DNA of 64,000 nucleotides from positions 71,593 to 135,592 of the forward strand of contig CAWFAZ010000049.1 of the NCBI GenBank assembly GCA_963813995.1, read 5' to 3'. Within the stretch, counting starts at the first letter, position 1. Each line of letters opens with the position of its first letter. Shown here piece by piece: positions 54,845 to 64,000 of this stretch. The position numbers and the translations under genes are program-made. The notes below the pieces were generated by a model, which was given only the letters and a program-made list of their open reading frames with translations, searched no databases and was not told the origin of the DNA. Source of the DNA: an uncultured Verrucomicrobiae bacterium. Lineage in GTDB: Bacteria; Verrucomicrobiota; Verrucomicrobiia; Limisphaerales; Palsa-1400.

Positions 54845-55188
54845 AAACGAGCGAATTGAAGGCCAAAGCCGCCCGCTACATGAAAATCGTGGAGTGGAGC
54901 GACGAGGACGGCTGCTTTGTGGGCAGCGCGCCGCCACTCATCGGCCAATGCTGCCACGGCAAAGACGAGGCAAAAGTGTATGCTCAACTCTGCCGGATCG
55001 TCGAGGAATGGGTTGAAATTCTGGAAACGGATGGCCATGAACTGCCCGAACCACTGGCCGCAAAACAATTCAGCGGCAAATTTGTTCTGCGCGTTGAACC
55101 CGCGTTGCACCGTCGTCTCGCCGCCAAAGCCCTTGCTGCCGGTGAAAGTCTTAACAGCTTTTGCGTAAAGACACTTGTCAAAGCGTGA
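54841..55188 (+). CDS. hicB: HicB-family antitoxin
   Basis: 115 aa. HicB fold N terminus (YMKIVEWSDEDGCFVGSAPPL...CHG) and a C-terminal RHH-like segment (GKFVLRVEPALHRRLAAKALAAGESLNSF). Confidence 0.85.
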   Translation: MKTSELKAKAARYMKIVEWSDEDGCFVGSAPPLIGQCCHGKDEAKVYAQLCRIVEEWVEILETDGHELPEPLAAKQFSGKFVLRVEPALHRRLAAKALAAGESLNSFCVKTLVKA

Positions 55189-55378
55189 AAAGAGCCGTCT
55201 CCCAGGTGGAGAAGGTCAGGATGAGGGCGAGCCAAATAACTAACTTTCCCATTCTCCCGGCCCGCTACTGTCCAAAATGGAGTTTTGAATCCATCCGGCA
55301 GGTGTAGTTTCAAGGCGCATTTACCGGCTTTATCGTTAATGTAACGGGCTTGTTGCTGGTCTGTTGCCGATTTTGTTG

Positions 55379-56711
55379 GGTTCCTCAACGTTTTCAGTGG
55401 AATAGAGGTGGAGTCTTGGTAGTTTTTGGGATGACACCTGAAAAATTATTTCATGAATTGTTGGGTTTGAGCTTGAACTGGGAAGTAGTCGAGAGCCGCT
55501 TTGACGCCGCCAGCGGAACGGTCTGCCTGGAAATCAAGGAAACATCGCGTTTATGGGACTCGCTTCGTTGTCCCCAGGATGGAGGGTTGGTTTTTTGCTA
55601 TGACCATACCGAAGTGCTGACTTGGCGCCATCTCAATATCTTCCAACATCGCTGTGAGATCACCTGCCGGTTGCCGCGCGGCAAGTGCCGCCAGTGCGGC
55701 CATGTCTTTCGGGTGCGTCCGCCCTGGGAAGGATTAAGCCTGCACTTCACCAAGGAGTTTGAAGCGTTCGCACTGCTGCTGATGCGCGAGATGCCCATGG
55801 CCAAAGTAGCCGAAGTGACCGGGGAGAGCGACATGCGCCTGTGGCGGATGCTCTTTAAGCATGTGGATGGGGCTTACGCCCAAGCCGACTTTGGCAACGT
55901 GTGCTGCGTCGGAGTCGATGAGATGGGCGTGCGCAAAGGCCAGGAGTATATCAGTGTGTTTGCTGATTTGGTGGCCAAGCGGGTGATCTTTGCTACAGAA
56001 GGCCACGGCCACGAGACTTGGCAAGCGTTTGTCCAGGCATTGGCGGCGCACAATGGGCACCAGTACGCCATCACCCAAGTGAGCATGGACATGAGCGCAG
56101 GCTACGAGAAGGGCGTCAAAGACAACTGCCGCAACGCCCAGGTGGTATTTGACAAGTTTCATGTCCTGGCCAATGCCAACAAGTCGGTCGACCAAGTGCG
56201 TCGGGCGGAGTTCAGCGTGGGCGGCAACGACGTGCGGGAGTCCCTCCGCCAGAGCCAGTGGCTCTGGCGCAAGAACCCGGAAAACCTCGACCGGGACGAA
56301 CAGAGCCGGTTGGCCAAAATCAAAGAAAAAAATCTCTGCACCGGCAAGGCTTATCAGATGCGCCTGGTCCTGCAGGACATCTATCGCAGCTCCAACGCCA
56401 TGGTGGCCCAAAAGCGCTTTAAGGTTTGGTGCCGCTGGGTGCGATGGGTGGCCCGGTTTTACAAATCCTACGTTTTCAGAGCGATGATCAAGCTGGCCAA
56501 CATGGTGGAGAACCATCTGGCCGGAATCCTGGCCCACTGGAAATGGGGCCTGACCAACGCCTTTATGGAAGGACTCAATAGCGTCTTCAGCGCGGTCAAG
56601 CGCAAGGCGCGGGGCTATCGTTCCACGGTTTACCTGATCACCATCCTCTATCTGGTCGCCGGCAAACTCCGCCTGCCCCATGTTTAATTCCACTGAAAAC
56701 GTTGAGGAACC
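55379..56711 (+). mobile_element. ISL3-family insertion sequence (1333 bp)
   Basis: Perfect 25-bp terminal inverted repeats GGTTCCTCAACGTTTTCAGTGGAAT (55379-55403) and its complement (56687-56711). Flanking 8-mers TTTTGTTG / TCGTGTTG match at 6 of 8 positions, a possible decayed target duplication. Confidence 0.85.
55431..56687 (+). CDS. ISL3-family transposase
   Basis: ORF 55350-56687. ATG at 55431 (MTPEKLFHELLGL). Zinc-finger-like CPQDG...CRQCGH. DDE region (VGVDEM...SMDMSAGY...VFDKFHV...EGLNS). The stop lies inside the right IR. Confidence 0.9.
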   Translation: MTPEKLFHELLGLSLNWEVVESRFDAASGTVCLEIKETSRLWDSLRCPQDGGLVFCYDHTEVLTWRHLNIFQHRCEITCRLPRGKCRQCGHVFRVRPPWEGLSLHFTKEFEAFALLLMREMPMAKVAEVTGESDMRLWRMLFKHVDGAYAQADFGNVCCVGVDEMGVRKGQEYISVFADLVAKRVIFATEGHGHETWQAFVQALAAHNGHQYAITQVSMDMSAGYEKGVKDNCRNAQVVFDKFHVLANANKSVDQVRRAEFSVGGNDVRESLRQSQWLWRKNPENLDRDEQSRLAKIKEKNLCTGKAYQMRLVLQDIYRSSNAMVAQKRFKVWCRWVRWVARFYKSYVFRAMIKLANMVENHLAGILAHWKWGLTNAFMEGLNSVFSAVKRKARGYRSTVYLITILYLVAGKLRLPHV

Positions 56712-56964
56712 TCGTGTTGCGGGCTAAGTCCTTGACTATCAGCGATGTAGCCGATGTTGCCGATTTTCCAGACCTATGTATCAATCTTGTGATACAATAG
56801 TGCAAAGTCGTGCATTTCCGGGAAGAATTCTTACCACTGATGGACACGAATGGGGCAAAGACTTCTGATCCGTGCCCATCCGTGTTTATTCGTGGTTGGA
56901 TTTCTTGGGTTGCGGCTGGCCGCGCTATGTTTTTTGCGATTTTTCGCGGTAAGTCAGCTTTTTC

Positions 56965-57282
56965 GGTTCCTCGCTGTTTTCAGAATAGAAATGCGGCAAG
57001 TGTCGCCTGGATTCCGGCCTCCACGCCGCCCTTGCCATGAGCGGACGCGATGGGTATGATGCCAGGGTGCTACAGGTGCTACAAATAAGCCAAATTGTAG
57101 CACCCTTGTAGCACCCTAAGTCATTGATAATCAACGTTTGTAGCTGTAGCGGGGGGGTGGGGGGGCAGAATCCCAGTCACTTTAGCCGTGCGCTACGCTA
57201 CTTCGCTCCGGCTGGCCGCTCCAATTTGGCGCCAAAGAAGGCTTTTAATGAAACTCTATTCCTCTGAAAACAGCGAGGAACC
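56965..57282. mobile_element. MITE-like non-autonomous element with ISL3-type terminal inverted repeats (318 bp)
   Basis: GGTTCCTCGCTGTTTTCAGAATAG (from 56965) and CTATTCCTCTGAAAACAGCGAGGAACC (57256-57282). The outer 19 nt are perfectly inverted and closely resemble the IS termini at 55379/56711. No ORF. The left half is repeated at 14252-14409. Confidence 0.6.
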
Positions 57283-57404
57283 GGGTGAGTTGTCGTAACT
57301 TATTGGGAACCAACAACATACAATCAGTTTACAAGAGAAATTGTGAAAATTTTCGGGTTTTGTCCCCCATTCCAAAAAAACCTGAAAAAACTTTAAAAAA
57401 GCCG

Positions 57405-57433
57405 TTGACATATTTTTCGACCGGCCTTATTTT
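57405..57433 (+). promoter_or_regulatory. candidate sigma70-type promoter upstream of tRNA-Thr/tuf
   Basis: TTGACA (57405-57410), 17-nt spacer, TATTTT (57428-57433). About 130 nt upstream of tRNA-Thr. Confidence 0.35.
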
Positions 57434-57563
57434 GCCTCCAGTTATCGGGCTTGACATAGCAAATTGACCATTGTGCCCCGTGGCCCTTTCGAAAACGAAA
57501 GGGGCAGGGGTAATGGTTTTTTGTCGTTTCGCACGGTCAGGATGCAAGCGATCTGGGGCTTTT

Positions 57564-57639
57564 GCCCATGTAGCTCAGTTGGCAGAGCGCGTCCTTGGTA
57601 AGGACGAGGTCATCAGTTCAATCCTGATCATGGGCTCCA
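57564..57639 (+). tRNA. tRNA-Thr (anticodon GGT), CCA encoded
   Basis: Acceptor GCCCATG/CATGGGC, anticodon loop TTGGTAA, T-loop TTCAATC, 3' TCCA. Classic position upstream of tuf. Confidence 0.95.
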
Positions 57640-57718
57640 GATAATTTGTGAGGATATCGCAAAGCCTGAGAATTTTGCAAGAGATCGTTAAAACATAAAC
57701 AAAAACACGCAGGAGATT

Positions 57719-58909
<1,191 letters not shown>

Positions 58910-58969
58910 TTTTGCGGCAGGAGCGCGCCAGGCGGCTTCTGTCGGGGATGAGGGACCACTCGACGGCAT

Positions 58970-59045
58970 AGGGCGGTAGCTCAATTGGTAGAGTAGCGGT
59001 CTCCAAAACCGTCGGTTGGGGGTTCGAGTCCCTCCCGCCCTGCCA
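58970..59045 (+). tRNA. tRNA-Trp (anticodon CCA), CCA end encoded
   Basis: Acceptor AGGGCGG/CCGCCCT, anticodon loop CTCCAAA, T-loop TTCGAGT. Conserved tuf-tRNA-Trp-secE position. Confidence 0.95.
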
Positions 59046-59081
59046 TCTGTGGGGAGGCAAGCCCCGGGAGAGAGGTTTGCC

Positions 59082-59171
59082 GGAGGGGTGGCAGAGTGGT
59101 CTATTGCGACGGTCTTGAAAACCGTTGTGCGGGAAACCGCACCGGGGGTTCGAATCCCTCCCCCTCCGCCA
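59082..59171 (+). tRNA. tRNA-Ser (anticodon TGA), long variable arm, CCA encoded
   Basis: Acceptor GGAGGGG/CCCCTCC, anticodon loop CTTGAAA, variable arm GTGCGGGAAACCGCAC, T-loop TTCGAAT. Confidence 0.92.
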
Positions 59172-59204
59172 TAACCAGAGGAATTGCAGGATGAGAGATT
59201 TTAA

Positions 59205-59459
59205 ATGAGTTATTTGCCAATTATATTTGTGATGGTGGTCGCCTTGGTGGTGTTCGCCCTGCTGTTGCGCCAGGGGGCGTTTTTGCGCCTGTCCGGCTAC
59301 TTCCACGAAACGAAGGATGAGTTGTGGAAATGCACCTGGCCGACGTGGGATGAATTAATGGGTTCCACCGTCGTGGTCATTGTGTCTGTTGGCATTCTGG
59401 GCGGTTACACCATGGGGGTGGATTACATGGTGACCGTTGTGATGCATTACATTGTTTAA
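59205..59459 (+). CDS. secE: preprotein translocase subunit SecE
   Basis: 84 aa. ETKDELWKCTWPTWDEL followed by a TM segment (VVVIVSVGILGGY). Position directly upstream of nusG. Confidence 0.85.
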   Translation: MSYLPIIFVMVVALVVFALLLRQGAFLRLSGYFHETKDELWKCTWPTWDELMGSTVVVIVSVGILGGYTMGVDYMVTVVMHYIV

Positions 59460-59469
59460 GGATTTGCCA

Positions 59470-60021
59470 ATGTCAAAAAGCCAATGGTTTGTCATCCACA
59501 CTTTGTCCGGCCAGGAGCAAAAGGTCAAAGAGAACATCGAAAAGCGCCTCAAAGCGGAAGAGATGAGCGACTATATTAAAGAGGTCCTTGTCCCGGTCGA
59601 GAAAGTGGTCGATGTGCGCGGCGGCAAGAAAACCGTCACCAGCCGCAAGCTGCATCCGGGCTACGTTTATATCGACATGGTTCTGGTGGATGAGGGGAAC
59701 CGGATACTGGAAAAACCGTGGTATTTTATTCAGGACACCCCGGGTAAAATTGGCATAGTTGGCGGAGACCGCCCGATTCCGGTGACTCCGGACGAAATCG
59801 CCGTGATCAAGGCGCAAATCTCGGAATCCGAGGAAACGGAGAAGCCGAAGGTTCATTTTGAAGCGGGCGAGACCGTGAAGATCAACGACGGGCCGTTTCT
59901 GAATTTCAGCGGCGTGATTGAAGAGATCGAACCCGAACGCGGGAAACTGAAGGTGACCGTCAATATTTTTGGCCGCAATACTCCGGTCGAACTCGAGTAC
60001 TGGCAAGTGGAGAAAGCATAG
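59470..60021 (+). CDS. nusG: transcription termination/antitermination factor NusG
   Basis: ORF 59452-60021. ATG at 59470 gives [19 protein letters not shown] (NGN domain). C-terminal KOW ([21 protein letters not shown]). Confidence 0.93.
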   Translation: MSKSQWFVIHTLSGQEQKVKENIEKRLKAEEMSDYIKEVLVPVEKVVDVRGGKKTVTSRKLHPGYVYIDMVLVDEGNRILEKPWYFIQDTPGKIGIVGGDRPIPVTPDEIAVIKAQISESEETEKPKVHFEAGETVKINDGPFLNFSGVIEEIEPERGKLKVTVNIFGRNTPVELEYWQVEKA

Positions 60022-60032
60022 GAAACAGATTT

Positions 60033-60458
60033 ATGGCAAAGAAGATTACCGGACAGATCAAGCTGCAAATTCCGGCCGGACAAGCCAACCCGGCCCCGCC
60101 GGTCGGCCCGGCCCTCGGCCAGCAAGGCGTGAACATCATGGCCTTTTGCAAGGAATTCAACGCCGCCACCAAGGAACAGTCCGGCATGATTATTCCGGTC
60201 GTCATCACCGTTTTTGCGGACAAGTCCTTCACCTTTATCACCAAGTCCCCTCCGGCCTCCATCCTGCTCAAAAAGGCCGCCGGCATCGCCTCGGGTTCAA
60301 AAATACCGAACAAGGACAAGGTCGGCAAAGTGAGCCGCAAACAGGTTTTGGAGATTGTCAAAATTAAAATGAAGGATTTGAACGCCACTTCCGAAGAAGC
60401 CGCGTTCCGGGTCATTGCGGGCACGGCCCGCAGCATGGGCATCGAAGTTCAGGAATAA
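60033..60458 (+). CDS. rplK: 50S ribosomal protein L11
   Basis: 141 aa. [35 protein letters not shown]. Confidence 0.96.
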   Translation: MAKKITGQIKLQIPAGQANPAPPVGPALGQQGVNIMAFCKEFNAATKEQSGMIIPVVITVFADKSFTFITKSPPASILLKKAAGIASGSKIPNKDKVGKVSRKQVLEIVKIKMKDLNATSEEAAFRVIAGTARSMGIEVQE

Positions 60459-60512
60459 TCAACCGCGGGAGAGCGCCGCTCATGGCGGCACTCGTTTGCA
60501 CCGCTTATTATA

Positions 60513-61211
60513 ATGCCAAGCAAACGATATAGAAAAGCAACGGAACTGGTGGAAGCCAAAAAGCTTTACCCGTTGAAATCGGCCGTGGAGGTCCTGGGCA
60601 AGTTCCCCAAGGCCAAATTCAACGAAACGATTGACATGGCTTTCAAATTGGGCGTCGATCCCAAACAATCCGATCAAATGGTTCGCGGCACCGTTCCTCT
60701 GCCCCACGGCAGCGGCAAAACCGTCCGCGTGCTCGTTTTTGCCAGGCCGGGCGCCGCCGCCGATGCCGCCCGCGCCGCCGGCGCCGAATATGTCGGCTTT
60801 GAAGAGTTGATCAAGCAATGCACGGAAGGTTGGACGGATTTCGACGTGGCCATCGCCACGCCCGAAGCCATGTCCGAAGTCCGCAAACTCGGCAAGGCCC
60901 TTGGTCCGCGCGGCCTCATGCCCAATCCCAAGACCGGCACCGTGACCGATGACACCGCCAAAGCGGTCAAGGAAGTGAAGGCCGGCCGCGTTGAATTTAA
61001 AATTGACAAGGGCGGGAACATTCATGTCCCCATTGGCAAGGTGTCCTTTGCCGCCGATCATATTGTGGAAAATGCCCGCGCGGTAATCCGGGCGGTGGCG
61101 AGGTCCAAGCCGAGCAGCTCCAAGGGGACTTTTATTCGCAGTTGCACCCTTTCCGCCACCATGAGTCCGCCGGTTCGGGTGGACGTTCGCGAATTTCTGG
61201 AAGCCGCCTAA
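60513..61211 (+). CDS. rplA: 50S ribosomal protein L1
   Basis: 232 aa. FNETIDMAFKLGVDPKQSDQMVRGTV and GPRGLMPNPKTGTVT. Confidence 0.96.
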   Translation: MPSKRYRKATELVEAKKLYPLKSAVEVLGKFPKAKFNETIDMAFKLGVDPKQSDQMVRGTVPLPHGSGKTVRVLVFARPGAAADAARAAGAEYVGFEELIKQCTEGWTDFDVAIATPEAMSEVRKLGKALGPRGLMPNPKTGTVTDDTAKAVKEVKAGRVEFKIDKGGNIHVPIGKVSFAADHIVENARAVIRAVARSKPSSSKGTFIRSCTLSATMSPPVRVDVREFLEAA

Positions 61212-61229
61212 CCCCGAGGAAACACCATC

Positions 61230-61742
61230 ATGCGCCTGGAAAAACAATATATCAGCAGTGAGTACCTCATCCGGCTCAATGCCTCGCCCTATTTTATCGT
61301 AATCGATTACCGGGGTTTGAAGGTCGGACCCATCACCGAACTGCGCAAGCGCCTCAACAAGGCGGGAGCGGAAATGCACGTCGTGAAGAACTCCCTCTTC
61401 CGCCTGGCCGTCAAAGAAGCCGGCGTGGCTGATTTGGGCGCCACCCTGACCGGCCAGCTCGCCGTCGTCACCGGCCAGCGCGATGTTTCTTCCGCGGCCA
61501 AAGTGGTCAGGGTTTTTAGCGCCGAGTTTGACAAGCCGAAGATTCGCTTTGGCTATTTAAAGAACCAGCGACTGGAAACCGCGGACATCGTGGCCCTGGC
61601 CGATTTGCCATCCATCGAGGTTCTCCGTTCCAAGCTGCTGGGCGTCATCATGGCCCCGGCCACGAAGCTGGCCGCCGTCATCAACACGCCGGCCACCCAG
61701 TTGGTCCGCGTGCTGGCCGCGCGCGTGGCCAAAGGCGAATAA
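61230..61742 (+). CDS. rplJ: 50S ribosomal protein L10
   Basis: 170 aa. Position between rplA and rplL. L10-like pattern (IVIDYRGLKVGPITELRKRL, VVKNSLFRLA). Confidence 0.92.
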   Translation: MRLEKQYISSEYLIRLNASPYFIVIDYRGLKVGPITELRKRLNKAGAEMHVVKNSLFRLAVKEAGVADLGATLTGQLAVVTGQRDVSSAAKVVRVFSAEFDKPKIRFGYLKNQRLETADIVALADLPSIEVLRSKLLGVIMAPATKLAAVINTPATQLVRVLAARVAKGE

Positions 61743-61894
61743 TTTTTATCCGAACCCAATGAGTCTAAACAATTTCATTTCCGGCAAAGCATTGGAGATG
61801 AACAAAACAACAAGAACAAAGTAAATCGTCGGCTCGCGGGCTCGCGAGCACAATGCGTCCGCGGCTGTGGACGGCGACGAGACTGAAAGGAAAC

Positions 61895-62272
61895 ATGGCA
61901 GATATATCTGGATTAGTGGAACAATTAGGCAAGTTGACGGTGATTGAAGCCGCCGACCTGGTCAAACAACTTGAAACCGCCTGGGGCGTCACCGCCGCCG
62001 CGCCGGCCGCCGCCGCCGCGCCAGCCGCCGCCGCCGCGCCGGCTGCCGAAGTCAAAACAGCCTTCGATGTCATTCTGGCCTCCGTGCCGGCTGAGAAGAA
62101 GATTGCCGCCATCAAGGCCGTGCGCGAAGTCAAGGCCGGCCTGGGTTTGGCCGACGCCAAAGCGCTGGTGGAAGGCGCTCCCAGGGCTGTCCTGGAAGGG
62201 GCCAGCAAGGCCGATGCCGACGCGGCGAAGAAGAAACTCGAGGACGCCGGCGCCAAAGTTGAACTTAAATAA
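61895..62272 (+). CDS. rplL: 50S ribosomal protein L7/L12
   Basis: ORF 61853-62272. ATG at 61895 gives [27 protein letters not shown]. Ala-rich hinge. C-terminal [28 protein letters not shown]. Confidence 0.95.
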   Translation: MADISGLVEQLGKLTVIEAADLVKQLETAWGVTAAAPAAAAAPAAAAAPAAEVKTAFDVILASVPAEKKIAAIKAVREVKAGLGLADAKALVEGAPRAVLEGASKADADAAKKKLEDAGAKVELK

Positions 62273-62290
62273 TAATGGTGTATGTTATGG

Positions 62291-62323
62291 GCGGCGGGAT
62301 TCTGTTTCCCGCCGCTCGATTTG
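62291..62323 (+). terminator. hairpin in rplL-rpoB spacer (attenuator/terminator-like)
   Basis: GCGGCGGGA (62291-62299), loop TTCTGTT, TCCCGCCGC (62307-62315), then TCGATTTG (weak U-tract). Same position as the known rplL-rpoB attenuator in other bacteria. Confidence 0.45.
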
Positions 62324-62473
62324 AACCATCGAGAGAGCGATTTCTAAACGAATTTCATCGTCTCAAAGAGGATTTTTGAATCGGCGCGTTTTCTGGATTC
62401 CAGGGAACGGGCCTTTCGTCGTTTGAACTAAATAAAGGTCCGGCCTGCGCCGGAGATTGATCAGAGGTTAAAA

Positions 62474-64000
62474 ATGCCATCACGATTAACTGAACGCGTC
62501 CACTTTGGAAAAATCAAAGAGGTCATTGCCCCGCCGAACTTGATTGAGTTGCAGACCAATTCGTACCGGGAATTTCTGCAAACCGACACCCCCCCCTCCC
62601 GGCGCAAGAACATGGGATTGCAGGCGGTTTTCACCGAGGTTTTTCCCATCGAAAGTTATGATGGCAAGTGCATCCTGGACTTTCACAGCTACGAGATTGG
62701 CGAGCCCAAGCATGACTGGCTGGAATGCCTGCGCGAAGGCATTACCTACGGCGCGCCCCTCCATGTCACCTTTCTGCTCAAGGAGGAGAAAAACGCCAAG
62801 GAAGAAAAGGTCTTCATGGGCGAGCTTCCCCTGATGACTCCACAAGGCACCTTTGTCATCAATGGCGCCGAGCGCGTCATCGTCAGCCAGTTGCATCGTT
62901 CTCCGGGTTTGGCCTTTGAAGCCAGCCAGCATCCCAACGGCAAAACGCTCCATTCCTTCCGGATCATTCCAGACCGCGGTTCCTGGTATGAAGCCCAGTT
63001 CGACACCAGCGACCTGCTCTACGTCTATCTCGACCGCAAAAAGCGCCGCCGCAAATTTTTGACCACCACCTTCTTCCGCGCCCTGGGGTATGGCACCGAT
63101 GCCGACATCCTCAAGCTGTTTTACGACATTGAAGAGTTGAGCGTCAAAGAGGCGGAAAAACTCGAAGACATCCAAAACAAAGTCCTCATCGAGGACGCGG
63201 TTGATAATGACAAGGGCATTGTGGTCGCCCGCGCTTTCGAGCCGCTTTCCAAGGCGGTTGTCAAACAGATCGCCGAGTTGGGCGTCAACAAAATCCGCGT
63301 GGTCGATACCACGGTGGACGACGGCATCGTCATCAAGTGCCTCAAGAAAGACCCCAGCAAGAACGAAGAGGAAGCGCTGAAGGATATTTACCGCCGCTTG
63401 CGCCCGGGCGACCCTCCCACCGCGGCCAACGCCCGCGCCCTGATCAAGCGTTTGTTCTTCGATGCCAAGCGTTATGATCTCGGCCGCGTCGGCCGATACA
63501 AGATCAACCAGAAATTGGGCATCAAGGGCGGCGATTCCCGCATCCTGACCAAGGAAGACCTGGTTGCCGCCACCAAGTACCTCCTCCGTCTCAAAAAGGG
63601 CGAGGGTACGTTGGACGACATTGATCATCTCGGCAGCCGCCGCATTCGGACGGTGGGCGAATTGCTGGCCAATCAATGCCGCGTTGGCCTGGCCCGCACC
63701 GAGCGTTTGGTCAAGGAGCGCATGACGCTGTTCGATCAAAGTCTCGAAAGCATGTCCCCGCAAAAATTGATCAATCCCAAGGCTCTCTCCGCCGTGATCC
63801 GGGATTTCTTTGGGCGCAGCCAGCTCTCCCAATTCATGGATCAAATCAATCCATTGGCCGAGTTGACCCACAAGCGCCGTCTCTCCGCCCTCGGGCCGGG
63901 CGGTTTGTCCCGGGACCGCGCCGGATTTGAAGTCCGCGATGTCCATCCTTCCCACTACGGCCGCATTTGCCCGGTCGAAACCCCGGAAGGACCCAACATC
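62474..64000 (+). CDS. rpoB: DNA-directed RNA polymerase beta subunit, 5' part (runs off right edge)
   Basis: ATG at 62474. [36 protein letters not shown]...[21 protein letters not shown]...[19 protein letters not shown]. The frame is open to the window end, which is why it is not in the ORF track. Confidence 0.96.
   Translation, partial: MPSRLTERVHFGKIKEVIAPPNLIELQTNSYREFLQTDTPPSRRKNMGLQAVFTEVFPIESYDGKCILDFHSYEIGEPKHDWLECLREGITYGAPLHVTFLLKEEKNAKEEKVFMGELPLMTPQGTFVINGAERVIVSQLHRSPGLAFEASQHPNGKTLHSFRIIPDRGSWYEAQFDTSDLLYVYLDRKKRRRKFLTTTFFRALGYGTDADILKLFYDIEELSVKEAEKLEDIQNKVLIEDAVDNDKGIVVARAFEPLSKAVVKQIAELGVNKIRVVDTTVDDGIVIKCLKKDPSKNEEEALKDIYRRLRPGDPPTAANARALIKRLFFDAKRYDLGRVGRYKINQKLGIKGGDSRILTKEDLVAATKYLLRLKKGEGTLDDIDHLGSRRIRTVGELLANQCRVGLARTERLVKERMTLFDQSLESMSPQKLINPKALSAVIRDFFGRSQLSQFMDQINPLAELTHKRRLSALGPGGLSRDRAGFEVRDVHPSHYGRICPVETPEGPNI

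Noticed and set aside
57154-57168. G7-T-G7 tract inside the MITE-like element as a G-quadruplex or phase-variation switch
   Set aside because: Only two G-runs are present, which is not enough for an intramolecular quadruplex. The tract is not within or upstream of a gene whose expression it could toggle. Noted only because a similar G6-A-G7 tract coincides with the infB frameshift.
59082-59171. Long-arm tRNA as a possible selenocysteine tRNA
   Set aside because: The anticodon reads TGA (decodes UCA, Ser), not TCA. The acceptor stem is a normal 7 bp. No selenoprotein machinery is evident in the window.

Overview
High-GC (roughly 60% by eye) bacterial chromosomal window. Gene content and repeat families suggest a PVC-group, Verrucomicrobiota-like organism (inference only). 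Most of the window is core housekeeping. On the minus strand: nusA-infB-rbfA-nrnA-like-truB-ribF, fhs, folP-cdaA-cdaR-glmM, sodA, hisH, rlmN, nadA, nrdJ and der. On the plus strand: purA, rsmH, an E1alpha-E1beta-E2 2-oxoacid dehydrogenase cluster, aceE-aceF-lpd, and tRNA-Thr-tuf-tRNA-Trp-tRNA-Ser-secE-nusG-rplKAJL-rpoB (rpoB runs off the right edge). Accessory content: mazEF-like and hicAB toxin-antitoxin pairs; an orphan HigA-like antitoxin bracketed by a duplicated hisH 3' end; one ISL3-family IS with perfect 25-bp inverted repeats; an adjacent MITE-like derivative with a partial inverted copy 42.5 kb away; a GxxExxY cassette; and a 5'-truncated LamG/Ig gene remnant. I did not find a convincing novel multi-gene system such as a defence island. 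The least explained signals are non-coding: (i) period-6 YTAATC/GATTAR arrays at three gene boundaries, two of them forming long hairpins; (ii) a family of imperfect palindromes whose arms are short tandem repeats; (iii) 82-bp direct repeats exactly 700 bp apart around a DUF2721 gene. infB and an RmlD-like gene each carry a 1-nt frameshift at a short C/G run. These may be assembly errors and need read-level checking. Two unusual protein architectures are also present: tandem GNAT plus a C-terminal cNMP-binding domain, and an ECF sigma factor fused to a TM/coiled-coil/unknown C-terminal domain. All family assignments come from motif recognition by eye; no database search was run.
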